64,000 nucleotides of DNA from Phoronis australis (lineage: Eukaryota > Animalia > Phoronida), in the NCBI GenBank assembly GCA_002633005.1, contig NMRA01000098.1:858128-922127 (forward strand). The letters are read 5' to 3'. Positions within the stretch are counted from its first letter, which is position 1; every line of letters begins with the position of its first letter. The translations under genes were made by a program, and so were the position numbers. Below the pieces are notes generated by a model that searched no databases, was not told the DNA's origin, and saw only the letters and a program-made list of their open reading frames with translations. Positions 1 to 12,200 of this stretch are shown in pieces.

Positions 1-90
1 ACCTCCCCCCTCTCGGCGCCACGCGCCTAGGATTCGACCTTTGCGGGAATCCTAAACCCCCCCCTTACTGAAAACGTAGATCCGCCCCTG
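1..90. mobile_element. Right end of a MITE (CAGDGGCGGATCTA-type TIR family), truncated by the window edge
   Basis: Ends ...cttactgaaaacgtagatccgcccctg; closely similar to 54730-54820. Confidence 0.75.
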
Positions 91-721
91 CTTGTTTCTC
101 ATCTTGACATCACGCACTTTTTTGATTGAAGCACAACACACACTCGGCCAGGAAACGCAGTCCGTGCAAGTATAACAATGCGCGTGGCCGACAAGTTAAC
201 TCAATGCTTTTGGCCAAAAGTAAAACGTTCATAAGAAATCACAGTACACAAAAAACTTCGCATATCAATACAGTATCAGGATAATTTATATTTGACACAA
301 ATATGTGAGTAATTACATTTATTTGGCAATAAATAAAGTGCTCTCTGCTTCTCATGATCAAGTAGTCGAGGGGATTGACGATGAAAGCCGCGCGAAATTA
401 GATTTTCGGATTTAGCTCGGGGGCGTCCGTCAAAAACCCGGATGTGCGAAGACCGTCTGCCATGAAATCACGAAATCACGTCCTTGAATTTGTAATTTTG
501 GCATTCTTTTGTCATTTTTGTCGCCAAATCACCACTCGACGGCAATTTGAAGAGATCGAATGAAAGAAAGTATTCTAAGAGTTGTCCGATGCTAGTTTCG
601 TGGAGTTCCATGCACATTTGAGTAGAAAATTCTGAGCAAACAGATTTCGAGTGTCCAACCTTTATGTTTTCTTATATATATTATTGAGTGACGTCATTTG
701 CGATAAACCCAAGCGCCTGTG
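91..721 (-). mobile_element. Partial inverted copy of the 928-2016 DNA element
   Basis: 91-721 is the reverse complement of ~928-1559; ends in TIR ...ccaagcgcctgtg. Confidence 0.8.
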
Positions 722-927
722 GTTATATCTAGCAGAACTGTGCAAATGAATGTATACGTGTAGGTGATTTCAGACCTATCAAGGTTGGAACAACCCAAAA
801 TCAACGTATGTCAAAGAATGTCTACCCACCCCATTTTCCCCGTTTCTTCGTTTAAGTTACGACACTTTGCATTTGTGACGTCAGTAGCCTTTTTGCGTCA
901 TCTATTTTATTTGCGCAATATCAGAAC

Positions 928-2016
928 CACAGGCGCTTGGGTTTATCTGTTCCTCGATCGAAAATGACGTCACTCACTACTACACGTAAGAAAACATAAA
1001 GGTTGGACACTCGAAATCTGTTTCCTCAAAATTGTCTACTCAAATGTGCATGGAACTCCACGAAACTAGCATCGAACAACTCTTAGAATATCTTCTTTCA
1101 TTTGATCTCTTCAAATTGCCATCGAGTGGTGATTTGACGACAAAAATGCCAAAAGAATGCCAAAATCACAAATTCAAGGAAGTCAGTCCGTGATGTCATG
1201 GCAGACAGTCTTCGCACATCCGGGTTTTTAACGGACGCTCCCGAGCTAAATCCGAAAGTCTATTTTCGCGCGCCGTCAATCCCTCGACTACTTGGTCATG
1301 AGAAGCAGAGAGCACTATCATTGCCAAATAAATGTAACTACTCAGACATTTGTGTCAAATATAAATTATACTGATACTGTATTGATATGCGAAGTTTTTT
1401 GTTTACTGTGATTTCTTATGAAGGTTTTACTTTTGGCCAAAACCATTGCGTTAACTCGTCGGCCACGCGCATTGTAATACTTGCACGGACTGCGTTTCCT
1501 GGCCGAGTGTGTGTTGTGCTTCAATCAAAAATGTGCGTGATGTCAAAATGAGAAACAAGATACGCCAGTTTATGCAATAAAATTCTAAGTTAAGGGCTAA
1601 AATGAGCCGTCAGAGGAATAAAGTTACAAATAATCATTAAACTACTTTAACATTCTCAATTAGTTGAGTTTTGGATTAGAGTTATGGAATTTGAAATATA
1701 GGTTGCTTGCTCAAACTCGAAGTTTCAGCACAACTGAAATCCGCCATGTTTACTATTTCAGGTCCTTGAATTCAGAGTTTTGAGATTGTTTTGGAAATTG
1801 AATCGCCAATTCACCACTCACGAAGACAGTTAATGGGATCTAGGAAAGATAAGGCTTCGAAGGTTTATGCAACACTAGACTGAGGGAGGTGCACGCAGAT
1901 TTTATTTGGATTTTGGACGGTTGAAGTTGGGAGCCTCGGCTTGGCAAAGTTTAAGTGTCCAACCTTTATGTTTCTTAAATATGGTTATGAGTGATCTGGA
2001 AATCCGAGCGCCTGTG
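928..2016 (+). mobile_element. Non-autonomous TIR DNA transposon (~1.1 kb, hAT/P-like 8-bp TSD)
   Basis: Termini cacaggcgcttgg / ccgagcgcctgtg; subterminal inverted match aaacataaaggttggacac / gtgtccaacctttatgttt; flanks atcagaac (920-927) and atcagagc (2017-2024). Confidence 0.75.
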
Positions 2017-2478
2017 ATCAGAGCTAGACCATTTTCACGAAAGACGTCGCTCTAGTGGCGACTGGTCATTCACATTTAGCACTTCACATTTACAAAATAC
2101 CGCCAAAAACGGGTGATGAGGCTGGATCACGCGAGATCATATCATTTCGTATCCGCGCCAAATAAACAGCATTTTGTTATTGTTGTAATTTGAATGAGTT
2201 TTGTAGAAGCTAGAACTAAGTTCTTAAAAATGGTAGTGGAGAAAATCCGCAGTATTTGTAGACTCGTTTATATATCAAAATATAGACTTATCTCCCTTGT
2301 CATGGATACTCGGGTAATGCCCTACTAGTATCGATGGAATCCCCGAGTAGAATCGCGACGTATGCTCACTTTTTATACAAGTACAACCGTACAGCCGTAC
2401 ATGGCTGGTCCACGTTAGATTCCGGTTTCGAGGATTGGTCTGAGTCGGCATTTACTGCAGTTGTTCAGTAGCACTTAC

Positions 2479-2533
2479 ATTGATTCAGAAACGCGATAGG
2501 CCGACTGCTAAACCAGAAATCGCGAACCACCAT
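2479..2533 (-). other. Candidate first exon of an unidentified minus-strand gene
   Basis: aaacATGG at 2533, open for MVVRDFWFSSRPIAFLNQ, then a GTAAGT donor at 2478; adjacent to a promoter motif cluster. No homology recognised. Confidence 0.3.
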
Positions 2534-2559
2534 GTTTACAAAAAGCGCCGTCTACCGAG

Positions 2560-2700
2560 CAAAATGACAGAAGTGAACTACTTTCTTGCGGAATCGTGCG
2601 GGAGCGGGACAATGTCAACGAGCCAATCCAGGTGGAAGTGACGTGTGTCACGCGCATGCGTTCTGTCAATAGGGATTCCCTGTCTTTACTTCCTTCTCTC
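2560..2700. promoter_or_regulatory. Putative housekeeping-type (bidirectional) Pol II promoter
   Basis: CpG-rich patch with CCAAT (2623-2627), ETS/CRE-like GGAAGTGACGT (2634-2644), NRF1-like GCGCATGCG (2652-2660) and a pyrimidine TCT/TOP-like run (2683-2700). Confidence 0.55.
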
Positions 2701-3105
2701 GAAGTGTTATTGTTTCAGCAGAGAATTTATCGAATTCAAGGACTGTGACAGCGAGATTGGACGAATTTCGACATGGTACGTGTGCTTGATTTATTATATT
2801 TTATGATAGGTATGATCTTAAGAGAAACCACTGCTCTTTTGACGGAGAAACTAGTTGACATTTGCAAAATGTCAACCAGCAGAGTCAGGTAGGACCTAGC
2901 ATTTGTATTTTTGTGAAGATACCTGGATCAGCTAGTTGACATTTGCAAAATGTCAACCAGCGGAGCCGGGTAGGACTAGTTGTCTGGTAATTCAGAAGTG
3001 TTTTCAAAAATTTCAGGTCATTTGCATGGATTTTTTTTTTATTGGCGCTGCGCTACCTGCCAGATGACACAAGCTCGAGTGAAAGATAGGAAGTGAATAA
3101 TACAG
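2684..3105 (+). other. Candidate first two exons of an unidentified short-ORF or non-coding transcript
   Basis: ATG 2773-2775 directly followed by a GTACGT donor; acceptor tttcag at 3016; exon 3017-3105 ends in a CAG|GTAAGT donor. Spliced ORF is only 17 aa. Confidence 0.35.
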
Positions 3106-5679
3106 GTAAGTATTAGAAATTGTTGAATTACCGGCGATTGCGTTTTTAAACATTACACATTTCATCTTAAGGATGGCCATATTTACTCACTAGTTATAAG
3201 ATTGTTTCATATCTTTCAAGATATTCAATTTGTTTAAAAGTTAGCATCATAAAGAGTATAAAGTCACAGCATAGACTTATCTGTGATGGTGGTCTTATGC
3301 AAAAGGCCGAATCGATGTATTTTGATTAAGAAACAATAGATGTTGCATTGCTCTAATTTAATTTTGATTCAATTGCAAAGTACCAAGAACTGCTTAATTA
3401 TTCAGAATTGAAATCTTAGCCATAAGAAACAGTTTAATCTGAGAAATTCAGAGCGTATGTCCATGAATCACTTAACTTACATCTAATTGGCTAACAAAAG
3501 TATCTTAGAACTTATCATCAAAATACAATTCACCCGTAATTAATGTTGATGTATGCATTGAAAGTGTAAATGAGACCTAACAATTGATGTCTTACGAATT
3601 ATTTTCCTATAATGAAAATATTTTTCACAAAGTTGATCAAAATATTAAACCCACTGTCCATCAAAATGGAATTGACTGAGTCACAGCTACTAGTATGTGA
3701 CTTAATTGGATTCAGTTTGTTCCTTTTATATGCAACGCTTTCTTTACTCCATGTTACTTCTTGCAGCATTCTTGTCTCAATTTACCCACTTGTAGCTCAT
3801 TGGAAACTGATTCTGCATTATGGAACATAACACATTTGACAGTTTGTCTTTGAATTGACCTTCATGATCTTAACTGGTTGTCTTTTATATTTTGAAACTT
3901 TAAGGTTTTATTTTATGGTATTATTTTAAGGATGAGTCCTCATGTAGCAGACAAGCTTACTTAATAATATTATTTTGCTTTCTCATCAGATCACTGTCAA
4001 GCTTCAATAGGCAGCAGAGTTTATTCATGAAGACCATGGACATTTTCAGTGTTGTGGTCTTACTCGAAGGGAAGTAAGCAGTAAGAATTTCGCCCTTGTG
4101 TGCCACCACTTCGTTAATGTAGGAGTGGTACCAGGCGTCTTCCCTGTGGAAGTCACAAAAAAGATCTCTGCACACTCATAGAGAAAGTTAGCAAGTACGT
4201 AGTTCTATGGGCTTTACAACCCATGTTTGGTGTTAAAAATGGATTTTTTGTTCATCGACTTTTTGCTGTGAAATTAGTCTTTGGGCCTTACTAGAGTTTT
4301 AGAAATGATATCTGGGACAGTAAATGCGAGTAGTCCTGGTCTTTGAAATTGTAGCAACACTTGTTGCAGATACGAAAGTTAAATCTGTGCTTTCTAGCAA
4401 ACATGTATATTCGCTGGCTGTAACAAGTGAAATTCTTGAAAAAATAACAGAAAAAGTAAAATTGGAACCACCCCTACTAATGCCTAGTTAGGTTTTCTGG
4501 TCATTTTTAAGAGTCCAGATTTGTAAATACGAGTGCAAGTATGCAAATATAAGTCAGATTTCAAAAGGAACTGTTTCTCCTGTATGGTGGGCTGTGTTGT
4601 CATTTCATCTGAAATGCAACATGTAGGGTCTCTAGTAATAACAAAGTTTCCGATCTCCCGATCTTAGTAGTTTTAACTACTAAAAATTAAAATTCTGACA
4701 TAGTTGTGGGGAAGAAGCAACAAATAAGTGGTCAGATTTTCGTTTTTGTACCTTTAAAGCCAAAACCTTGTGTGAACCTAATGGGGTTTCATGCAATGCC
4801 TGCAATTGGCGGTGAAATCTATATATCGTATACGGAGAACAGTAGTGTGTTGTGACCAAGCTGTTAAACAGAAAATGGTGAACGCTATAGGCATTAAGTT
4901 GAGGCTCTTACAAAACATTTACCAGTTCAGTAATTTCATTACTACTGTGTAAAGTAAGCAAGTACCCGAAAACAAAGTTACACAGTTTTAATTGCTTGAG
5001 TTTCTATTTCAGATTCATCAACCACAAAACATCTTGGATTCCATTCTTTATTGTGCTCTCTCAGGACTGATAAAGCCTTCTGCAAGGATGCAATGTTTTC
5101 ATTTTCGAGAACTAGCCACCACTTCATATCCAGCATTTGTCGTGACACATACTAAAAACAGAGAATGGGCAAACAAAGAAGTCTGGTGTCTATAATAGAA
5201 TTACTAAAATGTAGTAGGGTGTATAATTCATAAGTCTTGTTAATTGACAATGTTTCCCATATCGTGTGCTTAAAGGTTTTGTAGTACCTTATCGACAAGT
5301 CTGTACATTAAGTCAAATATTTACAAAACTGTAGAATTTTATTTGGTGTTGTATAACATAATGTTCAAGGTAAATCTCAAAAATGCTGTTACTGTTTGCT
5401 AAATTACTGTTTCATTTTTGTTTTATGCAATGTAAAAAATTCATGAAATTTATGCAATTCCTACTTTCTGGTAGCCCCTCGCGCAAATGTGAAATATTTT
5501 AAAAAACATTCCTAATGGCATGCTGGGGATTAGTTTCTAAAGCATATTTTCACGTGAATCCAATCAACATCTTGTAAGATGTTCCAAAGATGGACATTTT
5601 GATGGAGCCCTAAATAACGAAATGCTTTATGCTTATTACGTATTAAGCATAACCTTTGACAATTACTTCATATTGTGTG

Positions 5680-6130
5680 TGGTCACCTGGGAAAAATCCC
5701 AAGTCACCACAAAGTCACCACTGCGAGTATCAAAGTCAGACAATAATTCCCTTGAAATTTGTTTCAAAGTTTGTGTTGACTGCCAAATATTAAGTTACAA
5801 ACAGTTTTCTTAGATTTGATACCTTTGTTTACTATTGTTTCGTTTATTTCATGAAATCAGTGCATTAGCCACCACAGCAGTTAGCACTTGTCAAACTTTC
5901 ATTAAAGTTACATAAGGAAGTAAACAGGTGGAAGCTGGCAATAATCATGCAAGATGAGTTCAACTAGCGACTACATTGTATATGATCACCTACATTCTAG
6001 ATATGCGACGTAAGTTCCCAAGAACAGAGTATGGCATAACCTTTTTTTGCCAACTATTCTGATGACAAACATCAGTTTGGGACAACGTCAGATTTCCTTT
6101 GGTGACCTGGGATTTTCAGCAAGTAACCAA
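5680..6130. repeat. Degenerate copy of the MITE family at 32378-32669
   Basis: Shares cactgcgagtatcaaagtca and gtgacctgggattttcag with the HDAC1 intron-1 copy. Confidence 0.5.
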
Positions 6131-8119
6131 ATGCGACTAAGTGTTGAGCATCGTCCTACAATGCCGGAAGTATTCCAAGATTGGTTAAGCGTGATCATTT
6201 TTGCAAACCTAAAAATCTCATGGTTCTTTAATTAGAATGTTTTGAAAGTGATGAGCAGCAGGGGACTCTCCTGCAATTGAAATTATTATCACCTTGTTCA
6301 TGACATGAGCTGAATGTTTCTCTGGTATTGGCAGATCAACAAATATGTATTTTTCAACACATACTTGCTCCTAGTTAGGAAACAACAAGTCGTTGCGAAG
6401 GGCCTCTGAATCTTTTCTTTGTGATATAATATGCATTGTGGTCGAGATGGTAGTTGAATAAAAGATGACTATGGAAAATGTAGCTAGTGAATCTGTTGTA
6501 CCATTAGCATAACCAGGTATGATATCAAGTTAAAATCAGAAACTTCAAACTAGAGCAAACCAAGTTTGTACTGGCTGAAGTAATCGCTTAAAAGCACACA
6601 ATGCATATTCTTAAAAAACATTCATTTTGGTTTGTGTTTTTAGAGTATGTCTCAGTACTAAGTGCTATGAACTTTCACAATTTTGACACGTGTTTACACT
6701 GCCCTGTGGCTGAATGAAATTCAGTGATGGGTCATTGAGGCTAACTTAATTTAATGTAGTTAGAAATGTGTTTTGATTTGACTTGACATTACCTAATTAA
6801 CACTATATAGGACTTTAATTATACTTGGTTGCTATGTATGACATGTCATTCTCTACTATGTAGGTGATAATGAGAGAAGATTTATCGCAATTGAAATTTT
6901 ATTGCCATACATAGGTTCTACCGAAAGTGAATGTTAACAGATTGCTCATCTTGCACCCTGGAAAAGTAACTTCTTGCATGCATATTGATTCTTCACATCC
7001 TTGTTATTTCCATCCAGTTACTTGCTTGGTCTGTACATTTTGACTGTATGCGTGGTCAGTCTATAATACCTGTAGAATGAGCTCTAGATTTAGTGATGAG
7101 GAAGCAAGTAAGAATATCAAACTAATCATGATGCTGTTTTTTTGAATCTAGCTTTAACAACATTATTGTACTTCAGCGTCATCACCTACTTCACTTAAAA
7201 TGTATGGCAAAGTGTCACAAAGACTGTATGATCTTGATTTGTTGTGTATACTGAACGTTACTCAGATGTCTTAGGATTCAATACCTTTTTTGTCTTTCGC
7301 CTGTTCGAGACTTGATGATACTCTATTACTTTTGAACCCAATAAGCTTATCTTAGAACTGCTTTCCGGTGCCCATCATCTTCAGTTCTGACTGTAAAATT
7401 ACTGTGGTTGTCTGAAAGAGTGGATATTTGTAATAGTTTAGTTTTTTCACTGAAATCACTGAAATGGTAAATTTGCTGTTTTGCGTAGTAGGCCTATTAG
7501 GTTATGATTAACTGTCAGGCAAAGTAGAAAAATATATCCTACAGCATACAAATTTGATCCATGTGTGTAACCTCTTTTGGGTTCTGACAGCCAGGGTAGT
7601 TGAACTTGGGATATCTTTAATTAACAGTCTTGAACTGGGACACTTATTCAAACCTGCATGGCTGCCGTCATGGGGCCACTAGCAACACAAATCAGCACAA
7701 AACTATCGGTACTTATCAGCCCAAAAATACACCCAACAATGTAAGAAACCCCAATATAACAAAATAGTGTGCACAGTTATTGGTACCAACAAAACAAAAT
7801 CAAAGTACACCAAAATTAATGGACACACACAGTCAGTTGAATCTGATCTGGAGAGAAAGTGAATACTGGTTTTGAGTACTGAGCTAAGTGGATAGTGTTA
7901 TTAACTACAAATGTCTAGTTGTGACGAAATCTTTGATTGAGTTTTAACACTACCAAAGAATAATTGCATGTATTCCAACTCACCTTCACGGAGTTCATAT
8001 AGGCCAAATTTCCAAGTGCTCTTTGATGTCCGTGTAGTTGAATGACATCTCCACTTCAAAATCTTTTACTGGGTTTGGTGCTGCCTCGTAATTTTCTACA
8101 AAGCCATGGAAATTACCCC

Positions 8120-8655
8120 ATGTTTCACCCACTCTTTTTCTGTGGAGACACACTGACAAATGCTCATATTTTCTTTGCTTGCCTGTGCGGTATGTGGGGA
8201 GCAGAGGGCTCCACTTTTCCAGACACTCAAAAAAACTGACAATGTTTACAAAAAATATTCAGATCTTCCTCAATTTTTTTCTAAGTGGGTGTAAATTGGA
8301 GCTCGACCTAAATGAAAATAAGGTTTTATCCGAAATACTTTCAAAATTCCTTTTTAATATTTCAATATTTTACTCACACAGAGATTTAAAAATCTCTGTG
8401 TGAGTAAACTCTTTGTGTGAGTAGATGAATTGTATGCATGTAAAATTCATATTTATTGTGAATGAAAATGATTTATTTATATTCATTACCATATCATTCA
8501 TTTGTAATCTTAACATTTTATTCAGGTATTTGTGTACACTTTTTTATATTTCTTTATATATACCTTTTGGCACTTTCTGTGACAATTTCATATTAAACAT
8601 TAAAGAACTCCTTTTCTGCAGTTTCATTGCCACATTCCATTGCACAAATAAATCT
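8120..8655 (+). mobile_element. Decayed 3' end of a LINE (CR1/L2-group-like ORF2 C-terminus and tail)
   Basis: Homologous to 22855-23290 (ggagacacac...ttttctttgcttg...ggagcagaggg...cttttccagacactc); frameshifted; AT-rich tail with AATAAA. Confidence 0.6.
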
Positions 8656-8735
8656 TAACGTCCAGCTGATCGAATTTTGGTAGCCGCGCACTTTTGTCTT
8701 TCGTATCTTCTTTGTAGAAGAGTGTCTGGGAATCC

Positions 8736-9524
8736 CAGTGCGCAAAAGGTACCCGCTCATCCAAAACCTTCACGGCAAACAGATGGCGCTTCTCATCAAT
8801 CACGTGTCACTTTATCGCTCAAGTAAGACTGTCTGCCAGAGAATCTTAACCAAGAACCTTGACCTACATTCTGCTGATGCTGTAACCACAGGTCACGAGA
8901 GTTCATGAACCAGACAGTGTATGTCCTGATGAGTGGCGAATTTGTGTGGAAAAGAAATCTTTGTGTCCGACATTCCATGTTTAAAACCCCATTTGTAATA
9001 ACTATTTATAACATATACTTAAGATGAAAGTGTTAATAATATACGCTGTTGTGGTTGCTCGGCCTAAACGCTGGGGTAAAATATATATTCAATGAACGTG
9101 ACCATGGTGAGGCTACTAAACCGGGCCCGGCCAATTTTCCGCCCGGCGAGATTTTTGGCAACTCAACAACCATAATTTTAATTAGGTTGAAATATAACCA
9201 CTATATTTTTTAAAATTATGCTTGAATTATACATAGTGAAATACATGTTAAGTTTTATTCTCTTGCGATATTTTCTTTTTCGTTCAGTGTCTCGTTAGCC
9301 AACAACACTGAGCCCAGCAGACCGGACTGGCCGTGGTACGGCACGGCAGCTGATGGTTCACCAGGTAGAAACGTCTGTATTTTATGTTCTATCAACAAAA
9401 GATTCAGTTCACACAAGAATGTCACATGACTGTAAGCAGCGCTGCCTGTTAGTAAAGCATCATTGCATCCTGCGCCATCTGTTTGCCGTAAAGGCTTTGG
9501 ATGAGCGGGTACCTTTTGCCCCTG
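8736..9524. mobile_element. Non-autonomous TIR element (~790 bp, ~54-bp TIRs)
   Basis: cagtgcgcaaaaggtacccgctcatccaaaaccttcacggcaaacagatggcgc is inverted at 9472-9524; flanks gaatcc/gactcc. Confidence 0.7.
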
Positions 9525-10027
9525 GACTCCAAAAATAGAATCACGATTTTCGACAACAGGTGTCCCTGCTGCATACCTGGATTGGCTCGTTGACATTGTC
9601 CTGCTCCCCTTTCTTGCAGGTTAATGTACTCCATATGAGTAAGATAATACATGTAGTGTTGGCTTACGTAGTAAACGAAAACTAGACCCATAATTATGTA
9701 AAAAGAACTGAACAGAATGATTAGAAATCCGAGTCAATTCACGTGCATGGTCATCATCTGGTAATGTGGCCAGGTTGAACTAAGCATCAAATGAAAACCC
9801 AGAGCCTAAATCACTAGGTCACACCACGGAGTTCAATACTAAGGTGATTTTTTCAAATGGGACTTTTTTATTTAAACGCAAGTTGGACGGAACGGCTCAG
9901 CACTTTTAATGTCCACTTTATACCATAAAAATAATATGAAGTGAATCTCTACATTACCTTAAACATGTTTACATTGTTTTGATTTGATTCTTCAATTAGT
10001 ATCTTATTAATGAGTAGTTCAATTTTT

Positions 10028-10200
10028 GGCGTGCGGAATATTCCGCACCGATTGCGAAATAATACGCAAAATATTACGCGGAATATTTTGCACTTGCAGA
10101 ATATTTTGCAGATTTTGCGTAATTTCGGAATATTACACAAATTTTGATGAAAATTGTGCACTTGAGGAATATGATGCATATTTTTGGAATTTCCGCGTAA
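10028..10200. repeat. Cluster of short palindromic (G)GAATATT motifs, probably transposon subterminal repeats
   Basis: gtgcggaatatattccgcac followed by repeated aaaatatt/gaatatt motifs. Confidence 0.4.
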
Positions 10201-10740
10201 ATTGGACTTGTAGATTTTTTGTGATTGACAAACACGAGTTTTGTCAATTTTATATTTATTGAAAACACTAAAAAACTTCTTTAGAGCTCTAAAATTTCAA
10301 AACAAATAATACTTAATAATTAAAATTCACTGTGACAGTTACTGAATGGATGTCCACGCAGAACGGTTCTGCAAACAGAGTTGCCTTCAACTTTTTATCT
10401 TTTGTTCAGCCGCAATAAAGTTGAGATGCATTTCATTGTCAATAACACTTGAACGTATCCATATGTCAAACCTAACAATAATTAATCAATCAATCTGACA
10501 GTTGCGGAACAGCGGGGCCCGTTTTAACAAAACTGACTTAGCTAAGACAATTCTTAAATTTTATTAAAGTTTAAAATAAAAGTTCAATTTGTCTCCACAT
10601 CAATTCAAGAAAGAGATCTTAAGCTTGATTTAAGTGCGTGACGTAAATTTTGTCTTAATTTTGATGAATTTACCAGATGTGGAAGTTTCAAAGGTGGGAG
10701 GTTAAGAGAAATCTTAGACTTAAGTCAAAAATGAACTTAA

Positions 10741-12200
10741 AGTCCTTGTTGCAAACGGCCCATGTGGTTCCAGTATCCGAAAATACTTACTACATAAATT
10801 CTTATTTTCGACACCCTTTCTTTATATTCTTTTCGCCTTTCTTGCCAAAANNNNNNNNNNNNNNNNNNNNNNNNNNNNNNNNNNNNNNNNNNNNNNNNNN
10901 NNNNNNNNNNNNNNNNNNNNNNNNNNNNNNNNNNNNNNNNNNNNNNNNNNNNNNNNNNNNNNNNNNNNNNNNNNNNNNNNNNNNNNNNNNNNNNNNNNNN
11001 NNNNNNNNNNNNNNNNNNNNNNNNNNNNNNNNNNNNNNNNNNNNNNNNNNNNNNNNNNNNNNNNNNNNNNNNNNNNNNNNNNNNNNNNNNNNNNNNNNNN
11101 NNNNNNNNNNNNNNNNNNNNNNNNNNNNNNNNNNNNNNNNNNNNNNNNNNNNNNNNNNNNNNNNNNNNNNNNNNNNNNNNNNNNNNNNNNNNNNNNNNNN
11201 NNNNNNNNNNNNNNNNNNNNNNNNNNNNNNNNNNNNNNNNNNNNNNNNNNNNNNNNNNNNNNNNNNNNNNNNNNNNNNNNNNNNNNNNNNNNNNNNNNNN
11301 NNNNNNNNNNNNNNNNNNNNNNNNNNNNNNNNNNNNNNNNNNNNNNNNNNNNNNNNNNNNNNNNNNNNNNNNNNNNNNNNNNNNNNNNNNNNNNNNNNNN
11401 NNNNNNNNNNNNNNNNNNNNNNNNNNNNNNNNNNNNNNNNNNNNNNNNNNNNNNNNNNNNNNNNNNNNNNNNNNNNNNNNNNNNNNNNNNNNNNNNNNNN
11501 NNNNNNNNNNNNNNNNNNNNNNNNNNNNNNNNNNNNNNNNNNNNNNNNNNNNNNNNNNNNNNNNNNNNNNNNNNNNNNNNNNNNNNNNNNNNNNNNNNNN
11601 NNNNNNNNNNNNNNNNNNCTAAGGTCTGCCGCAGCAGTGTGACACAGGACTAACCAGCCCGTAATTTCATGCAAGTGTCTGAAACTACCCTTGAATATAT
11701 GCAGCATTTATCATTTGACCATTTTACTTCGACAAAACAGCTTGCAACCGCATGCATTTACCGTTCGCCAGTGTCTGGTCTCGATCCGCACCGGGTCCGA
11801 TAGGCTGCGGTCCCGAGTCTGGCAAAATAATTTCTGTCAAAATTTATTCGCCACATTTCTTCAGCAAATTCCATAAAATTGTCCGTAGTTTGATTTTATC
11901 AAAATTAAGGCGCGCTGTCGATTTTTTTTTATCCCCGTTTGCTGGCTGGTAACAGTACAGGCACTGCTCCAGTCGCACTGGCGGCGTTTTCTCGGCCTGG
12001 GTTCCTGAATGAATTGTACCTCCGGGTTCGCGGCAAGTTCAAAAAAGCGGTGTTTCTTCGGGTGCGAATCGTGAGTGGCGCGTTCATTTAAACTGTTTTC
12101 GAGTACGGATCGTGTATTAGTTATGGGGTAGGTACTTCTTGGATCCTTATAACATCTTCTAACCATGCAATAAGGGTTAACAACGCGTGAGACAAGGACT
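10741..12200. mobile_element. TTAA-targeting (Kolobok-like) element nested in the MITE, spanning the assembly gap
   Basis: TTAA at 10737-10740 and 12201-12204; termini agtccttgt / acaaggact. Confidence 0.65.
10851..11618. other. Assembly gap (N run)
   Basis: 768 consecutive N. Confidence 1.

Noticed and set aside
10677-11707. 321-aa and 301-aa ORFs
   Set aside because: They are open only because they run through the N gap.
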